Origin: Macrostomum lignano
Taxonomy: Eukaryota
NCBI GenBank assembly: GCA_002269645.1
Contig: NIVC01000702.1
Location: 186,001-250,000 of the forward strand
Length of the DNA stretch: 64,000 bases
Direction: 5' to 3'
The notes below the pieces were generated by a model that saw only the letters and a list, made by a program, of their open reading frames with translations, ran no database searches and was not told the origin of the DNA. A program made the translations under genes and the position numbers. This document shows, one piece after another, positions 24,291 through 37,193 of this stretch; within the stretch, counting starts at the first letter, position 1, and every line of letters starts with the position of its first letter.

Positions 24291-27200
24291 TTGACTTACT
24301 TGACTTAGCTGCAGGGCTGTCCCGGAGGGGACACAGCGGGAAGGCGCGGGCGCCCATTCCGCTAGTCCCTGAACGGCCGACGCGTCGCTATGGACGGAGG
24401 GTTGGCGCCGCCCAGGGAGGTCCCCCAGTGTTGCCAGCAGCTATGGTGCTCTCTGGAAAGGAGAGTTCAGCCCTGCGGGTGGCCCGAAGGTAGCGCATGA
24501 GCTGATTAAAGTTTTCGGGTTTGCACGCTTCAGTAATAGATGTGTGTGGCCCGAGGTAAGTGAGTCTGGCCTGCGTGAAGGCGGGACAGATGCTGACGAA
24601 ATGCTCAGCGGTTTCGTCACCTGAGTTGCAGAAACTACAGGTGGCGTTGGTGGCGTTGCCCTGCAGGTACTGGTGCCTGGAGAAGCAGCCGTGACCAGAG
24701 AGGGTCATGGTGGCAGCCCGGATGTCTCTGCGCGAGAGGCGCAAGAGGAGCTTCCAGAGCTGGTGAGAGGGCTGAGGGACAGCGCCTCTGGATTGCCTGC
24801 AGTTCGTGCGGTTCGCCCAAGTCGAGCGGTGCTGAGTCCTGATCCACGCTTTGATGCGCAAGTCGATGACACAGCCAGGAATCGGGACAAGAGGTTCGGG
24901 GCCGAGAGAGGAGCCGGAGGCACCAACTTTTGCAAGGGTGTCAGCCAACTCATTTCCTCGGATCCCCACATGCCCCAGAACCCACTTAAGGGTAATTTTG
25001 TTGGCGGAACCCAACATATTGAGGAGTTTGATACAGTCAAGGACTGTAGCAGAGTTGGTGCTGCAGCCACTGATGGCGTGCAAGGCAGCTTGGCTGTCCG
25101 AATGGAAAATGATGTTCTTACCAGTAACGCCAGTGGCGAGAAGCTCTGCAGTGCAGGAGCTGATGGCCAGAACTTCATTTTGGAAAACACTGGAGTTGAC
25201 CCCAGTGTATTGAGCGTGGGTAGCGATGACCCTCCCGTTCAGAAAGATTCCAACACCAAAGCCGGTGTTGGCTGACTGCTTAGAACCGTCGGTGTAGCAA
25301 TGAAGCTCACCAGGGTTCCAATGGTCATTGATGTTATCGCGCGAGTCGATAGCTACGGAGTAGCGCTGTCTCAGGTTGAGCGTTGAGGCAATGCCATCGG
25401 TGAAGACGCGATTGGCCTGACACTCGTTGAGAAAGTTGAGGCACAGATCGCTATGCGGGACAAGGTTCCGCTTAGCAGGTGCTCTCATGTAAATGAATTT
25501 GACGCCGGCATCAATTAGACGCCGCGTCGTTCTAGCCGCCTCACCCCTGATGAAGAGGTCAAGAGGCGGAAGATTAAGAAAGGCCCCCATGCCAGCAAAG
25601 GGCGTGGACCTGGTGGCGTTGCAGATGAGCCTACACGCTCTGCCTTGGATCGTGTTGAGCAGGTCTGCATGGCTTTTGACCTGGGTAGCGCTAACCCAGA
25701 CAACAGAGGTGTACGTAATGGCAGGTCTAACTATGGAAGTATAGATCCACCAAAGCCGCTTTGGGGATAGACCCCAAGAAGTGCCAAGTGCTCGTCGGAG
25801 CTGGGCCAGGATGGCTGAGGCACGCTTAGCTTTTGCTTTCACGTGGAAGGACCAGTTGAGCCGGTGGTCAAGTGTGACCCCGAGACATCTGGTCTAGTGC
25901 GCGAAGGCAATATCTCTGCCGTAGAGCTGCAGAGGACGTATGTTCCAGCGTAGTCTGCTGGTAAACATAATGGCAACGGTTTTGGGCTCAGAGAGTTCCA
26001 AACCATTGTCATTGGCCCAGGATTCTGCTTTGCGGATAAAGCTCTGCATCAGATCCCTGAGCGTGCTGGGAGACGGTCCTGCCACAATGGCCGTGACGTC
26101 ATCAGCATACCCGACTTTGAAGACGGGGTCAGGTCGGGAGTCACTCAGAAGAGCGTCCATGACCAGGTTCCAGAGCGTCAAGGTGAGGACTCCGCCTTGG
26201 GGTCCACCCTTACAGACTCTGGTGGAGGCAGTTTGCCCAAGAAGTTGGGCAGTGACCGTACGGTTGGAGATCATGTACATGATCCACCGTATGAGGGTAG
26301 CATGAGCTTTGCGATTTTGAAAGGCCCTCTGAAACGCTTCAAAGATAACATTGTCGAAGGCGCCAACAATGTCAAGAAAGAGAGCCAGGGCGTAACCGTC
26401 ACCCAGTACCGCCCGTTCAATCTTTTCGACAATCGCATGCAGGGCGCTGTCAGTCGACCTCCCGGTACGGAAGGCGTGCTGATTATTGCTGAGGGGCATC
26501 GCTGTCAGCTCGCAGGACAGCAGCCGCCAGAGAATAAGCCTCTCAGTGAGCTTAAGCATTGCTGACGTTAAGCTAATTGGCCAGAAGGCCTTGACGCTTT
26601 GGTAGTCACCCTTCCCAGGTTTGGGAATAAAGACTACTCGAGCTTCAGTCCAGCTTTTGGGAACGTATCCCAGCTGGATAGAGGCCCGCATAAGATTGCG
26701 AGTGAGTCTCAGGAACGAGGGTATCTTGGCTGCTTCACGAAGGAGAACAGGGTAGATACCATCAGGTCCAGGAGATTTGAAGGGTTTGAAGGTTCTGACT
26801 GCACGAGCGATTAGGTCTTCAGTGACAATGCCCGCCGCTAGGGTGGCTCCATCCATCGAATGGTTGGGCTCCGGTCTAGCAGTAGGTACCCTCGGGAAGA
26901 ATGTGCTAAGCATATGCTGAAGCACTTCTTCAGGGTCTTTAGTAAGAGAGCCATCATCTTTTTTGATCATGGCTAATTTGGACATTTTGTCCATTGTAAG
27001 GGCCTTGACAAGCCTAGAAGTAGGTCTGTCTTGATCCAATTCATTGCAGAATTGGCGCCACTTACATTCCTTGGCCTTGCGCACTTCAGATTTGAAATTG
27101 CGGGAGGCTTGCCGGAAAAGCTCCATGTCCTCCGGGTTTCCGGTCTTCATGGCACGGCGATGAAAGCTTTTGGCCTTCCGCCTGAGTTTCCCCAGCTCCG

Positions 27201-28432
27201 GGTTCCACCACGGCGCCGAGGTCTTGCCTCTGTAGGCGCGAGCAGGACAAGCCGCTTCGTAGGCTGCAATAATGCAACCTGTCAGCGTCTCAACCATATG
27301 ATCCACATCCTCGCAGGTCTCAATCGGACGTAAGTCCGTGAGTTCCTGCAGGTGCAGATCAAGGGCAGCCTTGTAGGCCGCCCAATCAGTGTTGCGGATA
27401 TTGCGTCTCCAAGTGATCGGAGACTGGGTTTTAGTGTCCGCGATATTAAAGGCGATAAAGCAGTGGTCAGACAGGGAGGGCTCCTCAGACCAGACTCTCT
27501 ACTCCTTGACTCTGTCAAAGAGTCTTGGGGTAACGAGTGTGGCGTCGAGGACCTCGGTCCATCTGCCATTATTAAAGGTAGGAGTGCTGCCGCAGTTGCA
27601 GAGCATGAGGTTTGTGTTAGAGATGAGGGCCAGAAGCTCCTCTCCTCTAGTGTTGGTATCTTTGCTGCCCCAGTGCTTGTGGTGCGCGTTGAGGTCGCCC
27701 CCTAAGCACAGCTCAGCGTTCTGGGACTCGCAGTACTGCGCAAGGCGCAGTAAACTCTCGGGAGCAGGGTCTCTATCGCCTGGGATATAAACCGAGGCAA
27801 CAAGACACGTACGCGGAGAGAAATGATTAGATTGGATGACGCAAAGGTCTCCATCAGAGAGATCAGTCCTCAGCCAAGCCTGGAGATGGCTAGCAGCGAG
27901 GATAGCCGCTCTAGGGCGGCTGTTCCCCGGGCCACACACATAAAAATCAGAGTAGCCAGAGGGAATGTTGGGCAACTTACCATTGCGCATCCAGGGTTCC
28001 TGGATCAGGATGAGGCCTGGCCTGTACAGCTCAGCAATCTTCATCAGATTTACTGATGCAGATACACAATGCTGTAAATTTATTTGCAGACAGAATGTCG
28101 CTCCTTTGGCAGCGTGGAGCTTAGTCATACTGTATTAAATGCAATATCTGGCTAGAGCCCAGGGCCATCAAGGAGACTTGGACAACAGATCGTCCTCGTC
28201 CCAGGCCGCTGGGGCTTGACTGGGAGATGGGAGTTGGTCGACGTCCATGGCCTCCTCACCCCCACCGGCCCCCCCAGCAGAGTCCTCAGGCTCCGATGAC
28301 AGGATGGAGGAAGCTTCCTCACCTGCATCTTTACCTTCAGACCCCACCAAGGTGGCCAAGGAGAGCTCGGATTCCAAAGACCCGGCCTCGTCCTCAACTC
28401 CTTCTCCGACTGGTAGGTTTGGTTCCCGGGGC
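24291..28432 (-). mobile_element. Non-LTR retrotransposon (LOA/R1-like, I group with RNase H), copy A; lacks the 5' UTR and most of ORF1 because of the duplication breakpoint
   Basis: APE, RT and RNase H motifs as in copy B; 3' tail (TAAGTCAAG)2 on the minus strand. Confidence 0.92.
24388..28128 (-). pseudogene. LINE ORF2 (APE endonuclease, RT, RNase H, C-terminal Cys/His knuckle), one frame interrupted by two TAG stops (~27499 and ~25894)
   Basis: QINLQH, LIQEP, GGDLNAHH, SDH (APE); PGPDG, PISL, PQGG, YADD (RT); YTDGSK, SDSQAAL, WVLGH.GIRGNELAD (RNase H); CSFC..ET.EH..C. Reading continues in frame past both TAGs. Confidence 0.92.
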
Positions 28433-30084
28433 GCCAGCCAGTAATCGATCGATCAGTGATCACAGAGTTTTCTTTGAAGGCTAGATCTCGTAAGCACTCG
28501 AGGATAGTTTATCGTTCGTGGCATCAAAATTAATGAGTTTAAAGTGAGTTCCTAAGCGGTAAACGCGTCTGACTCTCAATCGCGCTCGACTCCGAGGACT
28601 TGTGTGCTCGAAATAATGATTTGTTTTGCGGGTTGGGTTGGGTTGAGAAGAATTGCGTCAGGACCGGCTTTGGGTCGATGTCGCCGAAGACAAATTGTGG
28701 CATGAATATTTGTTCTATTTTATAATTGAGCTGATTAGTGAGTGGATGACTGAATACATGAGTGAGTACATGGTTGACTGCATTTGACACGTGAGTCATT
28801 GAGTTGTCAAAAAGTTCATGGCTGCAAATATTGACTTTAACTTTAGCCCTTAATCTACTGGATGGCGAAGCGTTCAAATGGAACAGCCCCGTGAAGTGTG
28901 AGGAATTGGGATACTAAATGCAAGTCACTGACGGAACGAAAAAGAGTTGAGATCCGGGGATGAAGAGACGAAACCAAACAGACTCAGCGCTGGCCAATCT
29001 ATGTGGATGACTTGAGCTGCAGTTGGGTGATCGATATAAAGTCGCTGGGAAGAATGAAGAATAAAACGTCGCATCTCGGAGGGAAAAACGAGAGGAGAGT
29101 GGAATAGGGATAAAAGAGTTAGAGAGAAGATAGATCGTCTAAGGATGATCGATGAAGTCGGTTGGAGACAACAAGATTTTGTCCCCTTCTTACAAGAGGC
29201 TTAGGAGGTCGAGATCGAGTAGCTGCTGCATGCTCAGCATGCTCAACAATCCATGAGGAGCGAAAAACCAGAGGCGCGCGGTCGTGCAAAATGTGTGATA
29301 AAATATGCATCGAGAAACATCAGTTGACAACAAAAAAAACTTGACAACATAAAGACTTGAAAAACTTTGACTTGTCGTAAATCTAGCATTAATTTTTTAG
29401 GAAGCGGCAAAATTTTTGACGATTTTCAATGGCAATCCTGGCTCACGGTTATATCTCTCCTCTTCTAACTCCTCTCTCCTCTCTACTCCCTCTTTGTCTC
29501 ACTCCTCTCTCCTCTCTACTCCCTCCTCTTCTCATTCCTCTCTCCTCTCTACTCTCTCCTCTTCTCGCTCCTCTCCCCTCTTCTCTCTCTTCTCTTTTCT
29601 ATTCCCCTCAACTCTTCTATTCTCTCCTCTCCTCTCTCCTCCCTCTTACCTCTCACTCTCTCCCTCCCCTCACCTCACTTTCTACACCCCTCTTATCTTC
29701 CCTCCTCTCCACTTCTCTCCTCTTTTTTCTCCCTCTCTCCTCTCCTATTCTCTCTCACGCCCGCATAGGTTAGATTCCTTTTCTGACCCTTGAGGTAGGA
29801 GCGAAACAATTATAACAAAGTGGTGGATCGATCTTATAAATTATGAAGTTTTGATTGTATCCAGCGTCCTATATATTTTACACAAGGAAAACTTTTTCTG
29901 TATACGAGTCAGCTGATTAAAGATTATAAATAGATCCTACAAAAAATAATCTTGTGTTGTCTGCTGCATCAACGCAACTGCGTAGGATTGAGAGCAGTTG
30001 TTATAATTAACTCGCCAAGCTAGTTGAAATGGGAGTCGTTAATCGGGGAACGGGTGACCCCTATGGACTCACCGGATGTTGCAG

Positions 30085-30171
<87 letters not shown>

Positions 30172-30695
30172 CGCTGAATTCGCTCAATCAAAATTGGCAG
30201 AATATTCAGCATTAGTCATGCGCTGCCCCATGTCAATTCATAAATCGGGCCTATACTTCTGTACTAACAAGCTAGGCTGCATGGTAGCTGATTTACAACG
30301 GCCAAAACGTAAGCTTTTGTTGGTCCAGGCAATCAATCATCAATGAAATGAAATACATGTATGTAGTTTATTTTGTATCCTTCGCCTGATCATGTACATG
30401 TATTTGACAATTTCAGACAATTATAACAAAGTGGTGGATCGATCTTATAAATTATGAAGTTTTGATTGTATCCAGCGTCCTATATATTTTACACAAGGAA
30501 AACTTTTTCTGTATACGAGTCAGCTGATTAAAGATTATAAATAGATCCTACAAAAAATAATCTTGTGTTGTCTGCTGCATCAACGCAACTGCGTAGGATT
30601 GAGAGCAGTTGTTATAATTAACTCGCCAAGCTAGTTGAAATGGGAGTCGTTAATCGGGGAACGGGTGACCCCTATGGACTCACCGGATGTTGCAG

Positions 30696-30779
<84 letters not shown>

Positions 30780-33431
30780 TTCGCTCAATCAAAATTGGCA
30801 GAATATTCAGCATTAGTCATGCGCTGCCCCATGTCAATTCATAAATCGGGCCTATACTTCTGTACTAACAAGCTAGGCTGCATGGTAGCTGATTTACAAC
30901 GGCCAAAACGTAAGCTTTTGTTGGTCCAGGCAATCAATCATCAATGAAATGAAATACATGTATGTAGTTTATTTTGTATCCTTCGCCTGATCATGTACAT
31001 GTATTTGACAATTTCAGACAATTATACAGTGCAGGGTGTATTTTCTTCATAATTTACAGCAGGGGTTTTAAGAAAATTTAACACAAATGAAAGAGCTGCG
31101 CATTATAGATATAATGGACATAATTAGAATGAACACATAGAGAACTGTGAGCGTGCCTGCGTAGAACCTCGCTAGCGTATAGTAATCGCGCTTAATTGTG
31201 AATGTTTAGGAGTCAGTAGTGGATCGAATAAAGCACGGACTGCGATTGCCTTCATGCTAGCATAGTATATAAAGACGAATTATTTCAACGTCCTGACAAA
31301 CGAGGTCTAAATATAGGCGAACACGCCAAGGAGATTCTTGCGGTCTCGCGCGGACGTTAGACATGAAGCTACTCGAAGAATAGTATATTTTTATATAAAG
31401 AGACTTTTAAAACAAATATCGAAGACATAACACCATCAAAGGTATGTTTGTTTACATCTTTTAACATCCTAAACGTACATGTACATGATCATTTCGTTCT
31501 CGTAAATTTTAATGATCAGAATGCACCCGGATTTATACATGTAAATGTATGAGCAATTAAATTACAAACGTTGGCTGCCCCACGCAAGTTTTGCTTTCCA
31601 CTAATTATGGAGGATTTTTAATTACTGTGTTTTCAGCATAAAATGTTTTCAGCATAGCAGACGACGTTCTGTATAATTTTGACTGCTCTGTACAATGAAA
31701 TGTATAATATGAGTGTTATATTTGAGCAGTCTTTCGCTATTTTTGAGCCAATATTTTATAACAGACGATTTCTCCGTCCTGCTACATTGGTTGTCCTTTT
31801 AGTTCGTATGTGAACATATATTTTACAAGTAAATTTAGAGCCATGCGCATGTACAAAGTAAAGGGACTTGTTTAATTTTTTGTATACAACTTTTTTTCTG
31901 ATTATGTCAAATATTTCTTTGATAGAAGTACAGCATAGGGTTTCATTTCAAATACCGGCTTCATCAGTCTAGTATTTACCTAATTTAAATACTAAATACT
32001 AGAATACTAGAATACTAAATTTACGTATTTAGTATTACGTATTACGTAAGTATTACGTATTACGTATTACGTATTACGTATTACGTACGTATTAATTACG
32101 TATTTACGTATTACGTATTTACCTATTTAACGTAGTTCTTTTTGAGTGCCCAAATACAAACACGTTTTCTATTCGTTTTTTTAATAAATTTGATAAAATA
32201 AAAAATTAACTTTTGCAAAGCAATATTTTACTAGCAAGTTTTAGTATAATAAAACTGCGAATCCATATACTAAAAATGAAAATTATTTTTAAAAGAAACA
32301 CTTACCTGACTCTGCAAAATGGTACTTAACTTAGTTTGTTATTTCACGGTACAACCTAGGCCTATAAATAGAATTTGATGGTCACGTCATTTCCGAGAAC
32401 TTTGATCTCTTTCTTCAACTGTGTTCTATACTTCTATTCTAATCTAGACTTTTATATGCATTAGTGGTTGTATACTCATTTTTTCTATAAATAACAAAAC
32501 TATGACAATATTTCTAGCTAGTTCGAGGTAATTTAAGGCCTGGTCTATTTAAACTAAACTAGATCTAAACATATTTAATATTTGAAGTTTTGAACAAAGT
32601 AAAATCCTAGTGCTTAGTAGGCCAGGCCCTAGCCTAGGGCCGAGGCGACTAGAAGGCCTGGCTAACCTGTAGTGTAGTAGGCCTAACTTCTACTAGTACT
32701 AGTTCTGAGCATCGTTATCAGACATAATTATATAAGCCTCGAGGAATATTAGCCTAGCCAGCCTATGGCATGCAAGCTATGCTAGCTGGCTGGCTAACAT
32801 CACACTGTAGAGCTTGTAAGGCCTATAAATCCTAGAATAGGTAGGGCCTATGCTAGAAATTTCTGGCATAAAATTAAGTTGAGTTGAGTGTGCAATTGGA
32901 AGTTGGCATATAGATAGTTGGCATAATATTAATATTTCTACTTATTAGACTAAAGCTGTATATAAATTATTTTTCTTTTAAATAGGCCTAAATGAGCCAA
33001 AATCACAAAATGAAAAGCAACTGACAAGGTAAAAATTTTAAGTAGGCCTATGCCTATGCCTAGACCCAGAAACCAGAAGGCAGATTTTAAGAAAATAAAT
33101 TAGGAATAGGGCCTAATTTAGAATTGCTTCTTAGATATGTGTATAAAATCACTTGTATTTCTTAGGGCCTATAGTTTTTATTAATAAAATAATAGGACTA
33201 ATTAATTTTTTTATTTTCAATGATCTTATATCTAAGGCTAATTGGATCAATCAATCAACCAGCCAGATTTAATGTGTATCTCCTCCTAGATAGCTGCCAT
33301 GGTCAGGAAGGTGCAGCGTGTGCGCCGGAATAACTTGACTTACTTGACTTAGCTGCAGGGCTGTCCCGGAGGGGACACAGCGGGAAGGCGCGGGCGCCCA
33401 TTCCGCTAGTCCCTGAACGGCCGACGCGTCG

Positions 33432-36400
33432 CTATGGACGGAGGGTTGGCGCCGCCCAGGGAGGTCCCCCAGTGTTGCCAGCAGCTATGGTGCTCTCTGG
33501 AAAGGAGAGTTCAGCCCTGCGGGTGGCCCGAAGGTAGCGCATGAGCTGATTAAAGTTTTCGGGTTTGCACGCTTCAGTAATAGATGTGTGTGGCCCGAGG
33601 TAAGTGAGTCTGGCCTGCGTGAAGGCGGGACAGATGCTGACGAAATGCTCAGCGGTTTCGTCACCTGAGTTGCAGAAACTACAGGTGGCGTTGGTGGCGT
33701 TGCCCTGCAGGTACTGGTGCCTGGAGAAGCAGCCGTGACCAGAGAGGGTCATGGTGGCAGCCCGGATGTCTCTGCGCGAGAGGCGCAAGAGGAGCTTCCA
33801 GAGCTGGTGAGAGGGCTGAGGGACAGCGCCTCTGGATTGCCTGCAGTTCGTGCGGTTCGCCCAAGTCGAGCGGTGCTGAGTCCTGATCCACGCTTTGATG
33901 CGCAAGTCGATGACACAGCCAGGAATCGGGACAAGAGGTTCGGGGCCGAGAGAGGAGCCGGAGGCACCAACTTTTGCAAGGGTGTCAGCCAACTCATTTC
34001 CTCGGATCCCCACATGCCCCAGAACCCACTTAAGGGTAATTTTGTTGGCGGAACCCAACATATTGAGGAGTTTGATACAGTCAAGGACTGTAGCAGAGTT
34101 GGTGCTGCAGCCACTGATGGCGTGCAAGGCAGCTTGGCTGTCCGAATGGAAAATGATGTTCTTACCAGTAACGCCAGTGGCGAGAAGCTCTGCAGTGCAG
34201 GAGCTGATGGCCAGAACTTCATTTTGGAAAACACTGGAGTTGACCCCAGTGTATTGAGCGTGGGTAGCGATGACCCTCCCGTTCAGAAAGATTCCAACAC
34301 CAAAGCCGGTGTTGGCTGACTGCTTAGAACCGTCGGTGTAGCAATGAAGCTCACCAGGGTTCCAATGGTCATTGATGTTATCGCGCGAGTCGATAGCTAC
34401 GGAGTAGCGCTGTCTCAGGTTGAGCGTTGAGGCAATGCCATCGGTGAAGACGCGATTGGCCTGACACTCGTTGAGAAAGTTGAGGCACAGATCGCTATGC
34501 GGGACAAGGTTCCGCTTAGCAGGTGCTCTCATGTAAATGAATTTGACGCCGGCATCAATTAGACGCCGCGTCGTTCTAGCCGCCTCACCCCTGATGAAGA
34601 GGTCAAGAGGCGGAAGATTAAGAAAGGCCCCCATGCCAGCAAAGGGCGTGGACCTGGTGGCGTTGCAGATGAGCCTACACGCTCTGCCTTGGATCGTGTT
34701 GAGCAGGTCTGCATGGCTTTTGACCTGGGTAGCGCTAACCCAGACAACAGAGGTGTACGTAATGGCAGGTCTAACTATGGAAGTATAGATCCACCAAAGC
34801 CGCTTTGGGGATAGACCCCAAGAAGTGCCAAGTGCTCGTCGGAGCTGGGCCAGGATGGCTGAGGCACGCTTAGCTTTTGCTTTCACGTGGAAGGACCAGT
34901 TGAGCCGGTGGTCAAGTGTGACCCCGAGACATCTGGTCTAGTGCGCGAAGGCAATATCTCTGCCGTAGAGCTGCAGAGGACGTATGTTCCAGCGTAGTCT
35001 GCTGGTAAACATAATGGCAACGGTTTTGGGCTCAGAGAGTTCCAAACCATTGTCATTGGCCCAGGATTCTGCTTTGCGGATAAAGCTCTGCATCAGATCC
35101 CTGAGCGTGCTGGGAGACGGTCCTGCCACAATGGCCGTGACGTCATCAGCATACCCGACTTTGAAGACGGGGTCAGGTCGGAGTCACTCAGAAGAGCGTC
35201 CATGACCAGGTTCCAGAGCGTCAAGGTGAGGACTCCGCCTTGGGGTCCACCCTTACAGACTCTGGTGGAGGCAGTTTGCCCAAGAAGTTGGGCAGTGACC
35301 GTACGGTTGGAGATCATGTACATGATCCACCGTATGAGGGTAGCATGAGCTTTGCGATTTTGAAAGGCCCTCTGAAACGCTTCAAAGATAACATTGTCGA
35401 AGGCGCCAACAATGTCAAGAAAGAGAGCCAGGGCGTAACCGTCACCCAGTACCGCCCGTTCAATCTTTTCGACAATCGCATGCAGGGCGCTGTCAGTCGA
35501 CCTCCCGGTACGGAAGGCGTGCTGATTATTGCTGAGGGGCATCGCTGTCAGCTCGCAGGACAGCAGCCGCCAGAGAATAAGCCTCTCAGTGAGCTTAAGC
35601 ATTGCTGACGTTAAGCTAATTGGCCAGAAGGCCTTGACGCTTTGGTAGTCACCCTTCCCAGGTTTGGGAATAAAGACTACTCGAGCTTCAGTCCAGCTTT
35701 TGGGAACGTATCCCAGCTGGATAGAGGCCCGCATAAGATTGCGAGTGAGTCTCAGGAACGAGGGTATCTTGGCTGCTTCACGAAGGAGAACAGGGTAGAT
35801 ACCATCAGGTCCAGGAGATTTGAAGGGTTTGAAGGTTCTGACTGCACGAGCGATTAGGTCTTCAGTGACAATGCCCGCCGCTAGGGTGGCTCCATCCATC
35901 GAATGGTTGGGCTCCGGTCTAGCAGTAGGTACCCTCGGGAAGAATGTGCTAAGCATATGCTGAAGCACTTCTTCAGGGTCTTTAGTAAGAGAGCCATCAT
36001 CTTTTTTGATCATGGCTAATTTGGACATTTTGTCCATTGTAAGGGCCTTGACAAGCCTAGAAGTAGGTCTGTCTTGATCCAATTCATTGCAGAATTGGCG
36101 CCACTTACATTCCTTGGCCTTGCGCACTTCAGATTTGAAATTGCGGGAGGCTTGCCGGAAAAGCTCCATGTCCTCCGGGTTTCCGGTCTTCATGGCACGG
36201 CGATGAAGCTTTTGGCCTTCCGCCTGAGTTTCCCCAGCTCCGGGTTCCACCACGGCGCCGAGGTCTTGCCTCTGTAGGCGCGAGCAGGACAAGCCGCTTC
36301 GTAGGCTGCAATAATGCAACCTGTCAGCGTCTCAACCATATGATCCACATCCTCGCAGGTCTCAATCGGACGTAAGTCCGTGAGTTCCTGCAGGTGCAGA

Positions 36401-37170
36401 TCAAGGGCAGCCTTGTAGGCCGCCCAATCAGTGTTGCGGATATTGCGTCTCCAAGTGATCGGAGACTGGGTTTTAGTGTCCGCGATATTAAAGGCGATAA
36501 AGCAGTGGTCAGACAGGGAGGGCTCCTCAGACCAGACTCTCTACTCCTTGACTCTGTCAAAGAGTCTTGGGGTAACGAGTGTGGCGTCGAGGACCTCGGT
36601 CCATCTGCCATTATTAAAGGTAGGAGTGCTGCCGCAGTTGCAGAGCATGAGGTTTGTGTTAGAGATGAGGGCCAGAAGCTCCTCTCCTCTAGTGTTGGTA
36701 TCTTTGCTGCCCCAGTGCTTGTGGTGCGCGTTGAGGTCGCCCCCTAAGCACAGCTCAGCGTTCTGGGACTCGCAGTACTGCGCAAGGCGCAGTAAACTCT
36801 CGGGAGCAGGGTCTCTATCGCCTGGGATATAAACCGAGGCAACAAGACACGTACGCGGAGAGAAATGATTAGATTGGATGACGCAAAGGTCTCCATCAGA
36901 GAGATCAGTCCTCAGCCAAGCCTGGAGATGGCTAGCAGCGAGGATAGCCGCTCTAGGGCGGCTGTTCCCCGGGCCACACACATAAAAATCAGAGTAGCCA
37001 GAGGGAATGTTGGGCAACTTACCATTGCGCATCCAGGGTTCCTGGATCAGGATGAGGCCTGGCCTGTACAGCTCAGCAATCTTCATCAGATTTACTGATG
37101 CAGATACACAATGCTGTAAATTTATTTGCAGACAGAATGTCGCTCCTTTGGCAGCGTGGAGCTTAGTCAT
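33432..37170 (-). pseudogene. LINE ORF2 copy B (APE-RT-RNase H) with the same two TAG stops plus single-base homopolymer frameshifts
   Basis: Identical to copy A except 1-bp indels near ~35180, ~36205 and ~36235. Confidence 0.9.
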
Positions 37171-37193
37171 ACTGTATTAAATGCAATATCTGG

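Noticed and set aside
19388-28432. LINE-mediated 3' transduction as the origin of copy A
   Set aside because: There is no tail or TSD at 19388, and the copy sits exactly head-to-tail with its source; simple tandem duplication or an assembly artefact is more parsimonious
24635-28484. Many short ORFs antisense to or frame-shifted within the LINE (and their duplicates in copy B)
   Set aside because: Shadow ORFs of the GC-rich ORF1/ORF2 coding sequence
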